Assembly: GCA_022566355.1 (NCBI GenBank)
Contig: JADFJB010000004.1
Span: 15,668 to 79,667 of the forward strand
Length of the DNA stretch: 64,000 nt
Direction of reading: 5' to 3'
Origin: Candidatus Zhuqueibacterota bacterium
GTDB taxonomy: Bacteria > Zhuqueibacterota > JdFR-76 > DREG01
Position 1 is the stretch's first letter, and the number at the start of each line of letters is the position of its first letter. The position numbers were made by a program, and so were the translations under genes. Shown here piece after piece: positions 9,515-17,520 of the stretch. The notes beneath the pieces were generated by a model. It did no database searches and was not told the origin of the DNA. It saw only the letters and a list, made by a program, of their open reading frames with translations.

Positions 9515-9736
9515 ATGATTGATGTAACGCTTCTTAATAATAGAAAAATGGTGATAAACGCAGAGTTAATCGAAGTGATTGAGGAAACTCCTGATACGAT
9601 TATTACGCTGACATCTGAACGAAAAATAATTGTCAGAGAGAAGTCTGATGAGATTATATCTCGAGTTATTTCATATAGAAGACGAATATATAATAATAAT
9701 TTTTCCACCACAAATTGGGAAGACTATAAGAATTAG
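9515..9736 (+). CDS. flbD: Flagellar protein FlbD
   Basis: MIDVTLLNNRKMVINAELIEVIEETPDTIITLTSERKIIVREKSDEII fits the FlbD family pattern. Lies between flgE and motA, as in spirochete/Thermotoga/Bacillus-type operons. An internal ATG of ORF 9473..9736 was chosen as the start. Confidence 0.85.
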   Translation: MIDVTLLNNRKMVINAELIEVIEETPDTIITLTSERKIIVREKSDEIISRVISYRRRIYNNNFSTTNWEDYKN

Positions 9737-9754
9737 GAGTTAAATAAAAGGAAC

Positions 9755-10531
9755 ATGGATCTCGCAACAATAATTGGTATATTTAGCGGCATTGGGTTGA
9801 TTTTTACCACAATTTACTTGCAGGGAAGTCTTTCATCTTTTATTGAAGTGGGATCGATTTTTGTAGTTGTAGGCGGAACTGTTGCAGCAACCCTAATAAA
9901 TTATCCTTTTCGAGAAATATTAAGCGTCGTAGGAGTCGTGAAGAATGCATTTAAAGCGACTGACCAAAATCCAAAAGATGCAATAAAAACAATCACTGAA
10001 TTTGCTGAACTTGCAAGAAGAGAAGGAATCTTAGCGCTTGAAAGCAAAATTCAGGACGTTGATGAACCTTTCTTGAAACAAGCACTTCAATTAGCAATTG
10101 ATGGTACGGAGCCGGACTTAATGCGCTCAATTTTAGGAACAGAGCTTTCTTATTTACAACAAAGACACGACCTGGGGCAAGGTATTTTTAAATCGATGGG
10201 CACCTACGCACCGGCTTTCGGAATGATTGGGACACTTATTGGGCTTGTCATAATGTTAGCAAATATGGAGGACCCATCAACGATTGGTCCTGCTATGGCC
10301 ATTGCTCTTATAACTACATTCTATGGTGCAGTGTTGGCGAATTTGATTTTCCTGCCTATTTCCGGAAAGTTAAAAGAGCGATCAAAACAGGAAGTTTTGA
10401 TAAAAGAATTGGTTATGGAAGGAGTCTTTTCTCTTCAATCAGGCGAAAATCCGAGAATTATCGAACAAAAATTGGTTTCTTTTATTCCGCCAAAATTTAG
10501 AACGGAAATTCTAGCAGCAGAAAAGCCCTGA
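9755..10531 (+). CDS. motA: Flagellar stator protein MotA
   Basis: 258 aa with four hydrophobic segments. The MotA/TolQ/ExbB channel motif region is GTYAPAFGMIGTLIGLV...ALITTFYGAVLANLIFLPI. Confidence 0.94.
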   Translation: MDLATIIGIFSGIGLIFTTIYLQGSLSSFIEVGSIFVVVGGTVAATLINYPFREILSVVGVVKNAFKATDQNPKDAIKTITEFAELARREGILALESKIQDVDEPFLKQALQLAIDGTEPDLMRSILGTELSYLQQRHDLGQGIFKSMGTYAPAFGMIGTLIGLVIMLANMEDPSTIGPAMAIALITTFYGAVLANLIFLPISGKLKERSKQEVLIKELVMEGVFSLQSGENPRIIEQKLVSFIPPKFRTEILAAEKP

Positions 10532-10558
10532 TTTTTTGGAGATAACCTTTTTTAGATT

Positions 10559-11317
10559 ATGCGAATTCAAAACCGAAGAAAAAATGATCGTCAAGCACCC
10601 TCAAATGAAGGTGGAGGTGCCCCCGATTGGACGGTAACTTATGGCGATCTAATGTCATTACTTTTGACGTTTTTTATTTTAATTGCATCTTTCTCATCAA
10701 TTCAAGAGTCAGGATTTAAAAAAGCCAGTGGTTCTTTAAAAGGCGCATTGGGTGTATTGAAGTTTCATCCGGCGCCTATTGAGCCGAATCCGATAATCAT
10801 AAAAGCTATCGGAGGTAATAAGAAATCGGACGACAGCGAGGTTGATCTTGAAAATTTAGTTAAATATATAGATCAAGATGATTTTAAAAATATGGTCTCT
10901 ATTAAAATTGGTGAAGGAGAAGTTCTGATTCGTATGGATGCACCCATTTTGTTTGAATTGGGTCGGGCACAATTAAAACAGTCTGTTTTTAAACTTTTAG
11001 AAAAAATAGGAAAATTGGTTAGGAATTGGCCGAATAAAACCAGGATAGAAGGACATACTGATGATTTACCAATAAATACAATTGAGTATCCTTCAAACTG
11101 GGAATTATCTGCAGCTCGATCTTTGAGTGTAATCCACTTTTTTGAAAAGGTATCCTTTGTAGATCCAAAAAAGATTTACTATGCGGGCTATGGAGAGAAT
11201 AAACCCCTTGTCCCAAATACCACCGCAGAAAATCGAAAAAAAAATAGAAGAGTGGAGATTTATTTAGAAAAAACCGATAATCCTATTGATTGGTATAGTG
11301 AGGTTGAATCTAATTGA
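10559..11317 (+). CDS. motB: Flagellar stator protein MotB (OmpA-like C-terminal domain)
   Basis: The N-terminal TM segment carries the conserved Asp (WTVTYGDLMSLLLTFFILI). The OmpA-like C-terminus is GHTDDLPI...NWELSAARSLSV...NRRVEI. Confidence 0.92.
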   Translation: MRIQNRRKNDRQAPSNEGGGAPDWTVTYGDLMSLLLTFFILIASFSSIQESGFKKASGSLKGALGVLKFHPAPIEPNPIIIKAIGGNKKSDDSEVDLENLVKYIDQDDFKNMVSIKIGEGEVLIRMDAPILFELGRAQLKQSVFKLLEKIGKLVRNWPNKTRIEGHTDDLPINTIEYPSNWELSAARSLSVIHFFEKVSFVDPKKIYYAGYGENKPLVPNTTAENRKKNRRVEIYLEKTDNPIDWYSEVESN

Positions 11318-11326
11318 GGTGCGACA

Positions 11327-11824
11327 ATGGCAGATGATGAAAAAAATAAAGGATCCGGAATATCTATTAAAAAAATGTTAATCATATGGATACCACTTTT
11401 TCTAGTTCAATTGGTGGTATCTTATGTGGTAATCGCAAAATATTTTAAGCCAAAAATGAATCCGCAAGTAGAACAAGTCAAAAAAGAAAAAGAAAAAAAG
11501 TTGAAATATAATAAGGGTAAATTAGGCAAGTTCTTTTTAGTTGAAGACATTATAGTCAATCCCAAGGGATCGGATGGAAGAAGGTTTGTTAATTTAAGCG
11601 TCAGTTTTGAATGTGAGAATGATGGTGTAAAAAATGAAGTAGAAAAACGTTTAATATTAGTTCGGGATTATTTGATCTCTCTTATTTCGGAACGAACGAT
11701 CAGTCAAATAGATCATAAAAATGGGAAAGATTCGCTCAGGTATGAAATATTGGAAAACGTGAATGAAATGTTACCGAATGGTGGTGTCATCAACGTTTAT
11801 TTTGATAATTTTATCATGCAGTAG
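11327..11824 (+). CDS. fliL: Flagellar basal body-associated protein FliL
   Basis: 165 aa with a single N-terminal TM segment. The FliL-like core is FLVEDIIVNPKGSDGRRFVNLSVSFE...LILVRDYLISLIS. Follows motAB. Confidence 0.8.
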   Translation: MADDEKNKGSGISIKKMLIIWIPLFLVQLVVSYVVIAKYFKPKMNPQVEQVKKEKEKKLKYNKGKLGKFFLVEDIIVNPKGSDGRRFVNLSVSFECENDGVKNEVEKRLILVRDYLISLISERTISQIDHKNGKDSLRYEILENVNEMLPNGGVINVYFDNFIMQ

Positions 11825-12051
11825 CACCTCAAATTATTTCTGCCATTATTAACAAACTGACAATTAGAACCGATAGAACGGCCATGTGATTAGGGGATTT
11901 AAAATGATTTTTCCATATAACTATTAACACTTCAACGAGTTTTATATTTGTATTATTTACTGGATGTAATTTTTCAATCTAAATACTTTAGTGCTCGGTG
12001 AAAACTGGTTATAAATTAAGAGAATTGAGAAGTCAAATATAGAATTACATC

Positions 12052-12241
12052 CAATTAACTAACCTGAATAATTCATGAATCATGCTTTCATGCTTAAAAC
12101 TTCCAACTATGTCATCCCGTCGCGTGACGGGATCTATTTCCATACATTTTGAAAAAGCTGCATGATAAGCATAAAAATATATTAAAAAGATCATTTCCTC
12201 GGTTAGCAGTGATAAGGTTTATGAATAGATCAAGCTAATAA
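12052..12241 (+). repeat. MITE-like intergenic repeat, left copy (imperfect ~20-bp terminal inverted repeats, central GC hairpin)
   Basis: By hand alignment, 12052-12147 matches the reverse complement of 14405-14496 at 82 of 92 aligned positions, with one 4-nt indel. Similarity resumes at the tail (GTTTATGAATAG...). The head AACCTGAATAATTCATGAATC is itself an imperfect inverse of the tail. Confidence 0.7.
12114..12133 (+). terminator. Candidate terminator hairpin downstream of fliL (inside the left repeat copy)
   Basis: ATCCCGTC-gcgt-GACGGGAT followed by CTATTTCCATACATTTT. It is the only GC-rich hairpin in the 440-bp gap after fliL. Confidence 0.35.
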
Positions 12242-12262
12242 TCTCTTAAGAATAAAGAGATT
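12240..12262 (-). terminator. Weak candidate terminator hairpin just after the stop of the 341-aa minus-strand gene
   Basis: AATCTCTT-aagaata-AAGAGATT abuts the TAA stop at 12264-12266 (minus strand). The stem is AT-rich and the U-tract is poor. Confidence 0.25.
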
Positions 12263-12263
12263 C

Positions 12264-13289
12264 TTAAAGAAAATATTCTTGAATTTTAGTTTCGAGCCTG
12301 GATGTGTCTGGAGGAGCTAGTGTAAGATAACTGGCACCTGCTTTCTTGGCTTTTAAAGCCAGGTCCCGGTTCCATTTGTTCCCCTGAAGCCAAATAGGAA
12401 TATGGTAACCTTCGAGATCCTTATTGATTTTATTACATAATGCAATGCCTTGTTGCTCTCTATCATCAACAAGGAGTATAATTAATTTGATGGCATATTG
12501 TAAAATACGTTCTTTCAACTCTGCATACGATTCTATAAATTCAAAATCAATATTATTTCTTGTCAGGATTGTTTGTATAATAGAGTCACACTGTATATTC
12601 AATTGAATAAATAATGTTTGGACTTCTTCCGAAAGTTGCTGTTCATCTTCATCTGATGAATTGGTACTATTTGTTTGTTTTTGATAAAATAAATCCCAAT
12701 GTATTTGTCGTTCAAGAAAACTATCAATAATAGAAACAGGTAAAATCAAATGAAACTTAATATTTCCAAAGTCATTTACTTTTGCTACAAACGGCATAGA
12801 AATTAAGTATGGATCATCAAACGGAAATTCCATTTCTTTTTTCCGTTCCCAAAGATTTGTATTGATTTGCTTGATATGTATCTTTTCAGGTAAAAGATCA
12901 GACATAATTCGATTCAGGGAACCAATCAATTGGTTACAGATTTCTCCAAATGCATCTTTGTCGGCTTCATCCATATCCAATTTTGAAAGTTTCTCATCAA
13001 GTATATTTTTACTAAACATGGAAAGTATACCACTCAATAGAATGGCCATACTTTTTTGGAAAACAAAAATACCCTTACTTGAATAGGATTTACTTATCTC
13101 AAGTGTACTAACAGCGAGTGGCAGAGTAAAAATGGGCAAGGTACGATCCAGCTCAATAATCGACCAATTCTGTTTTATTATAGATAGATCTTCCCCCAGT
13201 AATAAACCTAGGTTCTTTAAAAGTTCATTTGAAGAATCCGTCTGAAATTCATTAATCCATTTTTGAGCTTCTTCAAACTGTTCGTCCAT
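12264..13289 (-). CDS. CheC/CheX-like domain protein fused to a degenerate receiver-like C-terminal domain
   Basis: The N-terminal half carries the CheC-family D-x3-E-x2-N motif (DAFGEICNQLIGS). The C-terminal ~115 aa has a receiver-like pattern (IKLIILLVDD...) but lacks the N-terminal acidic pair and the conserved T/S and K. Confidence 0.5.
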   Translation of the reverse strand: MDEQFEEAQKWINEFQTDSSNELLKNLGLLLGEDLSIIKQNWSIIELDRTLPIFTLPLAVSTLEISKSYSSKGIFVFQKSMAILLSGILSMFSKNILDEKLSKLDMDEADKDAFGEICNQLIGSLNRIMSDLLPEKIHIKQINTNLWERKKEMEFPFDDPYLISMPFVAKVNDFGNIKFHLILPVSIIDSFLERQIHWDLFYQKQTNSTNSSDEDEQQLSEEVQTLFIQLNIQCDSIIQTILTRNNIDFEFIESYAELKERILQYAIKLIILLVDDREQQGIALCNKINKDLEGYHIPIWLQGNKWNRDLALKAKKAGASYLTLAPPDTSRLETKIQEYFL

Positions 13290-13293
13290 GAGG

Positions 13294-13794
13294 TTATTTG
13301 GATTTGTTTTTAAATGTCAATTGTACATATAAAGTATGCTGTCCTCCATTGCAGGCAAACAACTTATTATTTTTCAAATCAAAATGATTAGTTGTAAAAT
13401 CATTACCATCAATAACGGCAGGAATCGATTGTTTAAAGGGTTGCTTATCCGTTCCCAGTTTTGATTTAAATGTACCGACAACTAAATTTGTCAATTCACC
13501 AAGGGCATCGCGAACCTCTTCATCCACATCATCTATTTTCGAACCTAACATGCATTCTGCTATATGTACAGACAGATCACCAGAGCAATAGAGAGAAATT
13601 AATCCGGTATAATCACCTACGAAACCAATTGAAGAAACAAAATATTTGCCTGGAAAATCAACAGGACCTTTTACTAGTCGAATGTTTTGAATATCCATTA
13701 TTCCGAAAGTTTCAAGCGTTTCTTTGATGGATTCTTCTAATTTGATGGATTCTTCTAATAATGTACTGGTTTCCTTTTCAAGCAATATTTCCAT
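13294..13794 (-). CDS. cheX: Chemotaxis phosphatase CheX
   Basis: 166 aa with a single D-x3-E-x2-N motif (RDALGELTNLVVGTF) and CheX-like length. Lies immediately downstream of cheY. Confidence 0.75.
   Translation of the reverse strand: MEILLEKETSTLLEESIKLEESIKETLETFGIMDIQNIRLVKGPVDFPGKYFVSSIGFVGDYTGLISLYCSGDLSVHIAECMLGSKIDDVDEEVRDALGELTNLVVGTFKSKLGTDKQPFKQSIPAVIDGNDFTTNHFDLKNNKLFACNGGQHTLYVQLTFKNKSK
13723..13758. repeat. Perfect 18-bp tandem duplication in the 5' part of cheX
   Basis: TTTGATGGATTCTTCTAA occurs at 13723-13740 and again at 13741-13758. It is in frame and encodes the duplicated LEESIK. Confidence 0.95.
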
Positions 13795-13823
13795 AGTAAA
13801 TCTGTCCTAAAAATTAAAATTGT

Positions 13824-14198
13824 TTATCTTATGGCTCTATTTATCTTATCCAATATTTGATCCGGTGAAAATGGCTTTACTACATACCCGTTAGCACCGG
13901 CATTCATAACCTCTTCCATAATGTCAGTACCTGATTCCGTTGTTATCATAATGATTCTGCACTGATCCAGTTGACGCTTCTTCCGAATTTCTTTAACAAA
14001 CTCTAAACCATCCATATTTGGCATATTTATATCACTAAGGATGATATCGCATTGCCACTTTTCGAGCTGCTCTAAACCTTCCTGTCCATCGCCCGCTTCA
14101 AGTAAATGGTCGATTTTTACTCCAGCTTGTCGTAAATTTTTTGAAATAATTTTTCTCATAACAGAAGAATCATCCACGACTAATACTGTAAATCCCAT
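13824..14198 (-). CDS. cheY: Chemotaxis response regulator CheY
   Basis: Single receiver domain: VLVVDDSSVMRK, DINMPNMDGLEF, ITTES, YVVKPF. AGGAG lies upstream. Start is ATG 14198 or GTG 14201. Confidence 0.93.
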   Translation of the reverse strand: MGFTVLVVDDSSVMRKIISKNLRQAGVKIDHLLEAGDGQEGLEQLEKWQCDIILSDINMPNMDGLEFVKEIRKKRQLDQCRIIMITTESGTDIMEEVMNAGANGYVVKPFSPDQILDKINRAIR

Positions 14199-14268
14199 CA
14201 CATCTCCTAAGTTTGATATTTAATATTATTATTATTCACAAATTATTATTTATAGTACTTCAATGCTT

Positions 14269-14296
14269 AATTCGGTAAAAATGGCAAAACTCTTAA
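14269..14296 (-). promoter_or_regulatory. Weak sigma-28-like promoter candidate for the minus-strand cheY-cheX operon
   Basis: The minus strand reads TAAG-N15-ACCGAATT, against the consensus TAAA-N15-GCCGATAA. Only the CCGA core and TAA are retained. Confidence 0.25.
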
Positions 14297-14310
14297 GCCT
14301 ATGTACTAAA

Positions 14311-14496
14311 AATACTTAACCTGAACTATTCATAAACTTTATAATTGTTATCCAAGAAAAGAACATTTCACCCTATTTTCATGCTTAATATTCTGCTTTT
14401 TCATATGCATGGAAATAGATCCCGTTTCACGACGGGATGACATAATTGGAAGTTTTAAGCTTAAAAATATGATTCATGAATTATCCAGGTTAATTG
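14311..14496 (-). repeat. MITE-like intergenic repeat, right copy (inverted relative to the left copy)
   Basis: Its reverse complement aligns end to end with 12052-12241. The internal hairpin ATCCCGT-ttcacg-ACGGGAT lies at 14419-14438. Its own terminal inverted repeats are 14316-14336 (AACCTGAACTATTCATAAAC) and 14471-14495. Confidence 0.7.
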
Positions 14497-14527
14497 CTGT
14501 TATTAAGAAATAGTTTTGAATTTTCTC

Positions 14528-14554
14528 TAAAATTTTCATTAGGATTGCCGATTG
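14528..14554 (+). promoter_or_regulatory. Sigma-28 (FliA)-type promoter candidate upstream of cheA
   Basis: TAAA(14528-14531)-N15-GCCGATTG(14547-14554), against the consensus TAAA-N15-GCCGATAA. It lies about 87 nt upstream of the cheA ATG. Confidence 0.45.
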
Positions 14555-14640
14555 TATACTTGCAGCAGAATGATGTTTGCACTCGGTAGAATGTTGAATT
14601 AAGTATAAACAAATTTTTATCAACGGTAATAGATCTAACC

Positions 14641-16944
14641 ATGGAATTGCAATTAACAGAAGAAGATGCAGAAATACTTCAGTCATTTATTAGTGAAAGT
14701 AGTGAAGGAATTGAAGAAACAGAACCCTTACTTATCGAGTTGGAAGAAACAGTATCCGAATGCGGACATGTAGATTCGTCAAAAATAGATAAGATTTTTC
14801 GGACCTTCCATTCAATAAAGGGCAGCGCTGGTTTTATAGGATTGACAATAACCAATAGAACCACCCATCACGCTGAAACGCTGTTGGACTTAATTCGCAA
14901 AAATAAAATACCTCTCATCAAAGATCATATAGATATTTTTTTGGAGCTTTGCGATTTCTTTCGAGGCCTTTTTGACCATCTTAAATCGAAAGTATCAGAG
15001 GAAGGATTTGAAGAGAGGGCGCAAGAATTAGTTGAGCATCTTGATAGAATGGCAAATGAAGCCCCAGCTCCTGAAAGTGTCGAACCCAATTTAGACGAGC
15101 AGGTTGAAATTGATTCTCAAGCTCAAACAGAACCAAGAGAAACTGAAGGAAAAAAGCAAGAGCAAGATAAAAGCTATTCTACTGAATTGCAAGAATTGCT
15201 GGGGACAGATGAAATAATTAAACAATACTTAGCCGAAACAGATGAACTACTTGATTCTCTTGAACAAGAATTATTAGAGATTGAGAAAAATCCTGGTAAT
15301 GTGGAGTTAGCCGATAATGCTTTTCGTTCTTTACATACTTTGAAAGGCAATGCCGGATTTTTAGACTATACGGATATTGTTACCATTACACATATTTCGG
15401 AGAATTTTCTGGAATTTGTGCGCTCTGGCGAATTAGAACCATCTCATTCCCAGATATCCATATTGCTCGAAATTCCCGATAAAATCAGGAATGCTCTGCA
15501 AAATCTGTCGTCGAACAAGAAGCCAGTTATCGAGAACCTGAATGATTTCATAACATTAATGACCAATTCTTTTAATGGACATGAAGAAGAAAAACCTTTA
15601 GAGAGTCCGCAACAAAAAATCGATTTGGATGGACTGCTGCCACAAAAAGAAAAAATTGAACCACAAGAAGCCAAAACTAGTCCAGTGAGATCTAAACCTG
15701 AAGAAATACCTAAAAAGGAATCGGTGAAAAAGGCTGTCGTTTCGAAAAAAAGTGTATCAAATGAGTTCATCCGAGTAGATGTAAACAAATTAAATGAACT
15801 AATGGATTTGGTGGGTGAGATAGTTATCGCAGAATCGATGGTTTCACAACACCCCGATATCATAGAAAAAGATTTACCCGGTTTTGAGAAATCTGCAATG
15901 CATTTACAAAAAAACATTCGCTATTTACAAGAAATTTCAACTTCTATGAGGATGGTTCCGATTTCCGGTCTCTTCCGAAAAATGATACGTCTGGTACGGG
16001 ATTTAGCTAACAAAAGTGGAAAAAGAGTCGAGCTTTCTATTATCGGGGGCGAAACTGAAGTAGACCGTTCTGTCATTGAACATATTTCCGATCCACTGGT
16101 GCATATCATCCGGAATTCCGTTGATCATGGTTTAGAGTCTAGCGATGAAAGAAAACAAGCTGGTAAAGATCCTGTTGGCAACGTTTTTCTGGAAGCAAAA
16201 AGAGTTGGTGGAGAAATCTGGATTGTGATTCAGGATGATGGAAAAGGTCTGAATCGTGAAAAAATTATTGCGAAGGCAATTGAAAAAGGTATTATAACAG
16301 GAACAGGGGAAGAGCTTACGGATCACCAGGTTTATAATATGATTTTTGCACCGGGTTTTTCAACTGCGGACAAAATAACTGATATTTCCGGGCGCGGAGT
16401 AGGATTGGATGTTGTGGTGCGAAACCTTGAGAGCATACGGGGAAGAGTTGAGGTTACAAGCAAAATGGGTGAAGGGTCAACCTTTAGCCTTAGAATTCCA
16501 TTAACGACCGCAATTGTGGAAGGTATGCTCCTTAGAGTAGGGCATGCAGTATATGCAATTCCAACTTTGGATATTCGTGAATCATTGAAAATACAACAAT
16601 CGAGTGTCACGAATTTATTGGATGGACATGAGGTAGTAAAAATCAGAGATGAGCTTTTACCTGTCCTGAGAATTCATGAACTGCATGATATATACGATGC
16701 AAAAACAGATTTAAATGAAGGACTGATCATTGTTGCAACGAAAGGTGGTAAATCTGTTTGCTTGTTTGTTGATGAAATAGTAGAGCAAAAGCAACTCGTT
16801 ATTAAATCACTTCCACCCTACATGGGAGATGTGAAAGGTGTTACAGGATGTACAATTTTGGGTGACGGAAATATATGCCTTATCCTGGACGTAGCGAATA
16901 TAATCAAACTAGCCGAAACGCAAACAGAATTAGTGGAGGGTTAA
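14641..16944 (+). CDS. cheA: Chemotaxis histidine kinase CheA (two HPt domains)
   Basis: Two HPt signatures (FRTFHSIKGSAGF and FRSLHTLKGNAGF). Dimerisation region IRVDVNKLNELMDLVGE, N box HIIRNSVDHGLE, G boxes DDGKGL and GRGVGLD, and a C-terminal CheW-like domain. Confidence 0.97.
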   Translation: MELQLTEEDAEILQSFISESSEGIEETEPLLIELEETVSECGHVDSSKIDKIFRTFHSIKGSAGFIGLTITNRTTHHAETLLDLIRKNKIPLIKDHIDIFLELCDFFRGLFDHLKSKVSEEGFEERAQELVEHLDRMANEAPAPESVEPNLDEQVEIDSQAQTEPRETEGKKQEQDKSYSTELQELLGTDEIIKQYLAETDELLDSLEQELLEIEKNPGNVELADNAFRSLHTLKGNAGFLDYTDIVTITHISENFLEFVRSGELEPSHSQISILLEIPDKIRNALQNLSSNKKPVIENLNDFITLMTNSFNGHEEEKPLESPQQKIDLDGLLPQKEKIEPQEAKTSPVRSKPEEIPKKESVKKAVVSKKSVSNEFIRVDVNKLNELMDLVGEIVIAESMVSQHPDIIEKDLPGFEKSAMHLQKNIRYLQEISTSMRMVPISGLFRKMIRLVRDLANKSGKRVELSIIGGETEVDRSVIEHISDPLVHIIRNSVDHGLESSDERKQAGKDPVGNVFLEAKRVGGEIWIVIQDDGKGLNREKIIAKAIEKGIITGTGEELTDHQVYNMIFAPGFSTADKITDISGRGVGLDVVVRNLESIRGRVEVTSKMGEGSTFSLRIPLTTAIVEGMLLRVGHAVYAIPTLDIRESLKIQQSSVTNLLDGHEVVKIRDELLPVLRIHELHDIYDAKTDLNEGLIIVATKGGKSVCLFVDEIVEQKQLVIKSLPPYMGDVKGVTGCTILGDGNICLILDVANIIKLAETQTELVEG

Positions 16945-17445
16945 ATGGCTGAGGAACTAACTGCAATAGATACAGATCAAGGTCAAAATACTTTGAATTG
17001 CAAATACTTAACATTTGCTATTGAAAACGAGGAATACGGAATTGAAATACGTGATGTTACTGAAATCATTGGTATACAAACCATAACTGGTTTACCTGAT
17101 ACGCCACAGTACATAAAAGGTGTTATTAATCTTCGAGGAAAAGTAGTACCCGTTATTGATGTTAGGCTCAGATTCAATTTTGAAGAAAGAGGATACGATG
17201 ACAGAACTTGTATTATCGTTGTCAATATAAATAATTCTTCAATTGGATTAATTGTGGATACGGTGTCTGAAGTTATTGACATTCCTAGCGAGGATGTGGA
17301 TCCGCCTCAACTCATTAATAAAGATTCTGAGAATAGATATATTGCGGGTTTTGGTAAATTCGAAAATAAAGTGAAAATTCTTTTGAATACAAAAAAATTA
17401 CTTTTCGAGGAAGATTTACCAAGTTTACAATCGCGACAAAATTAA
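16945..17445 (+). CDS. cheW: Chemotaxis coupling protein CheW
   Basis: 166 aa. CheW domain pattern YLTFAIENEEYGIEIRDVTEI...INLRGKVVPVIDVR...IGLIVDTVSEV. Confidence 0.94.
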   Translation: MAEELTAIDTDQGQNTLNCKYLTFAIENEEYGIEIRDVTEIIGIQTITGLPDTPQYIKGVINLRGKVVPVIDVRLRFNFEERGYDDRTCIIVVNINNSSIGLIVDTVSEVIDIPSEDVDPPQLINKDSENRYIAGFGKFENKVKILLNTKKLLFEEDLPSLQSRQN

Positions 17446-17520
17446 ATTAACTGAAAGAAGTGAGAAAGGTGACGATGGGACCACTAACCCATTAAATATA
17501 CTGACAGTGTAGGTTCAATT

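Noticed and set aside
11857-11884. TAAC-N15-ACCGATAG, considered as a sigma-28 promoter downstream of fliL
   Set aside because: There is no + strand gene downstream for about 2.7 kb, and the -35 match is imperfect. It is probably a chance match.
14283-14300. TGGCAA-containing sequence and its reverse complement, considered as a sigma-54 promoter for cheA or the minus-strand cheY
   Set aside because: On the + strand the -12 position reads TTAA rather than TTGC. On the minus strand the GG-to-GC spacing is two nt too long.
12052-14496. The repeat-bracketed block, considered as a composite transposon or autonomous IS
   Set aside because: No transposase or recombinase ORF lies inside or nearby, and the cargo is three chemotaxis genes. 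The repeats are better described as non-autonomous MITE/REP-like copies. The inversion hypothesis is kept as a finding.
14474-14686. 70-aa minus-strand ORF spanning the right repeat copy and the cheA start
   Set aside because: It overlaps the repeat element, the sigma-28-like promoter and the cheA start codon. There is no RBS and the sequence is not protein-like.
15444-15917. 157-aa minus-strand ORF inside cheA, plus 14679-14864, 15921-16109, 16132-16326 and 16332-16610
   Set aside because: Antisense shadows of cheA, with no RBS or motif support.
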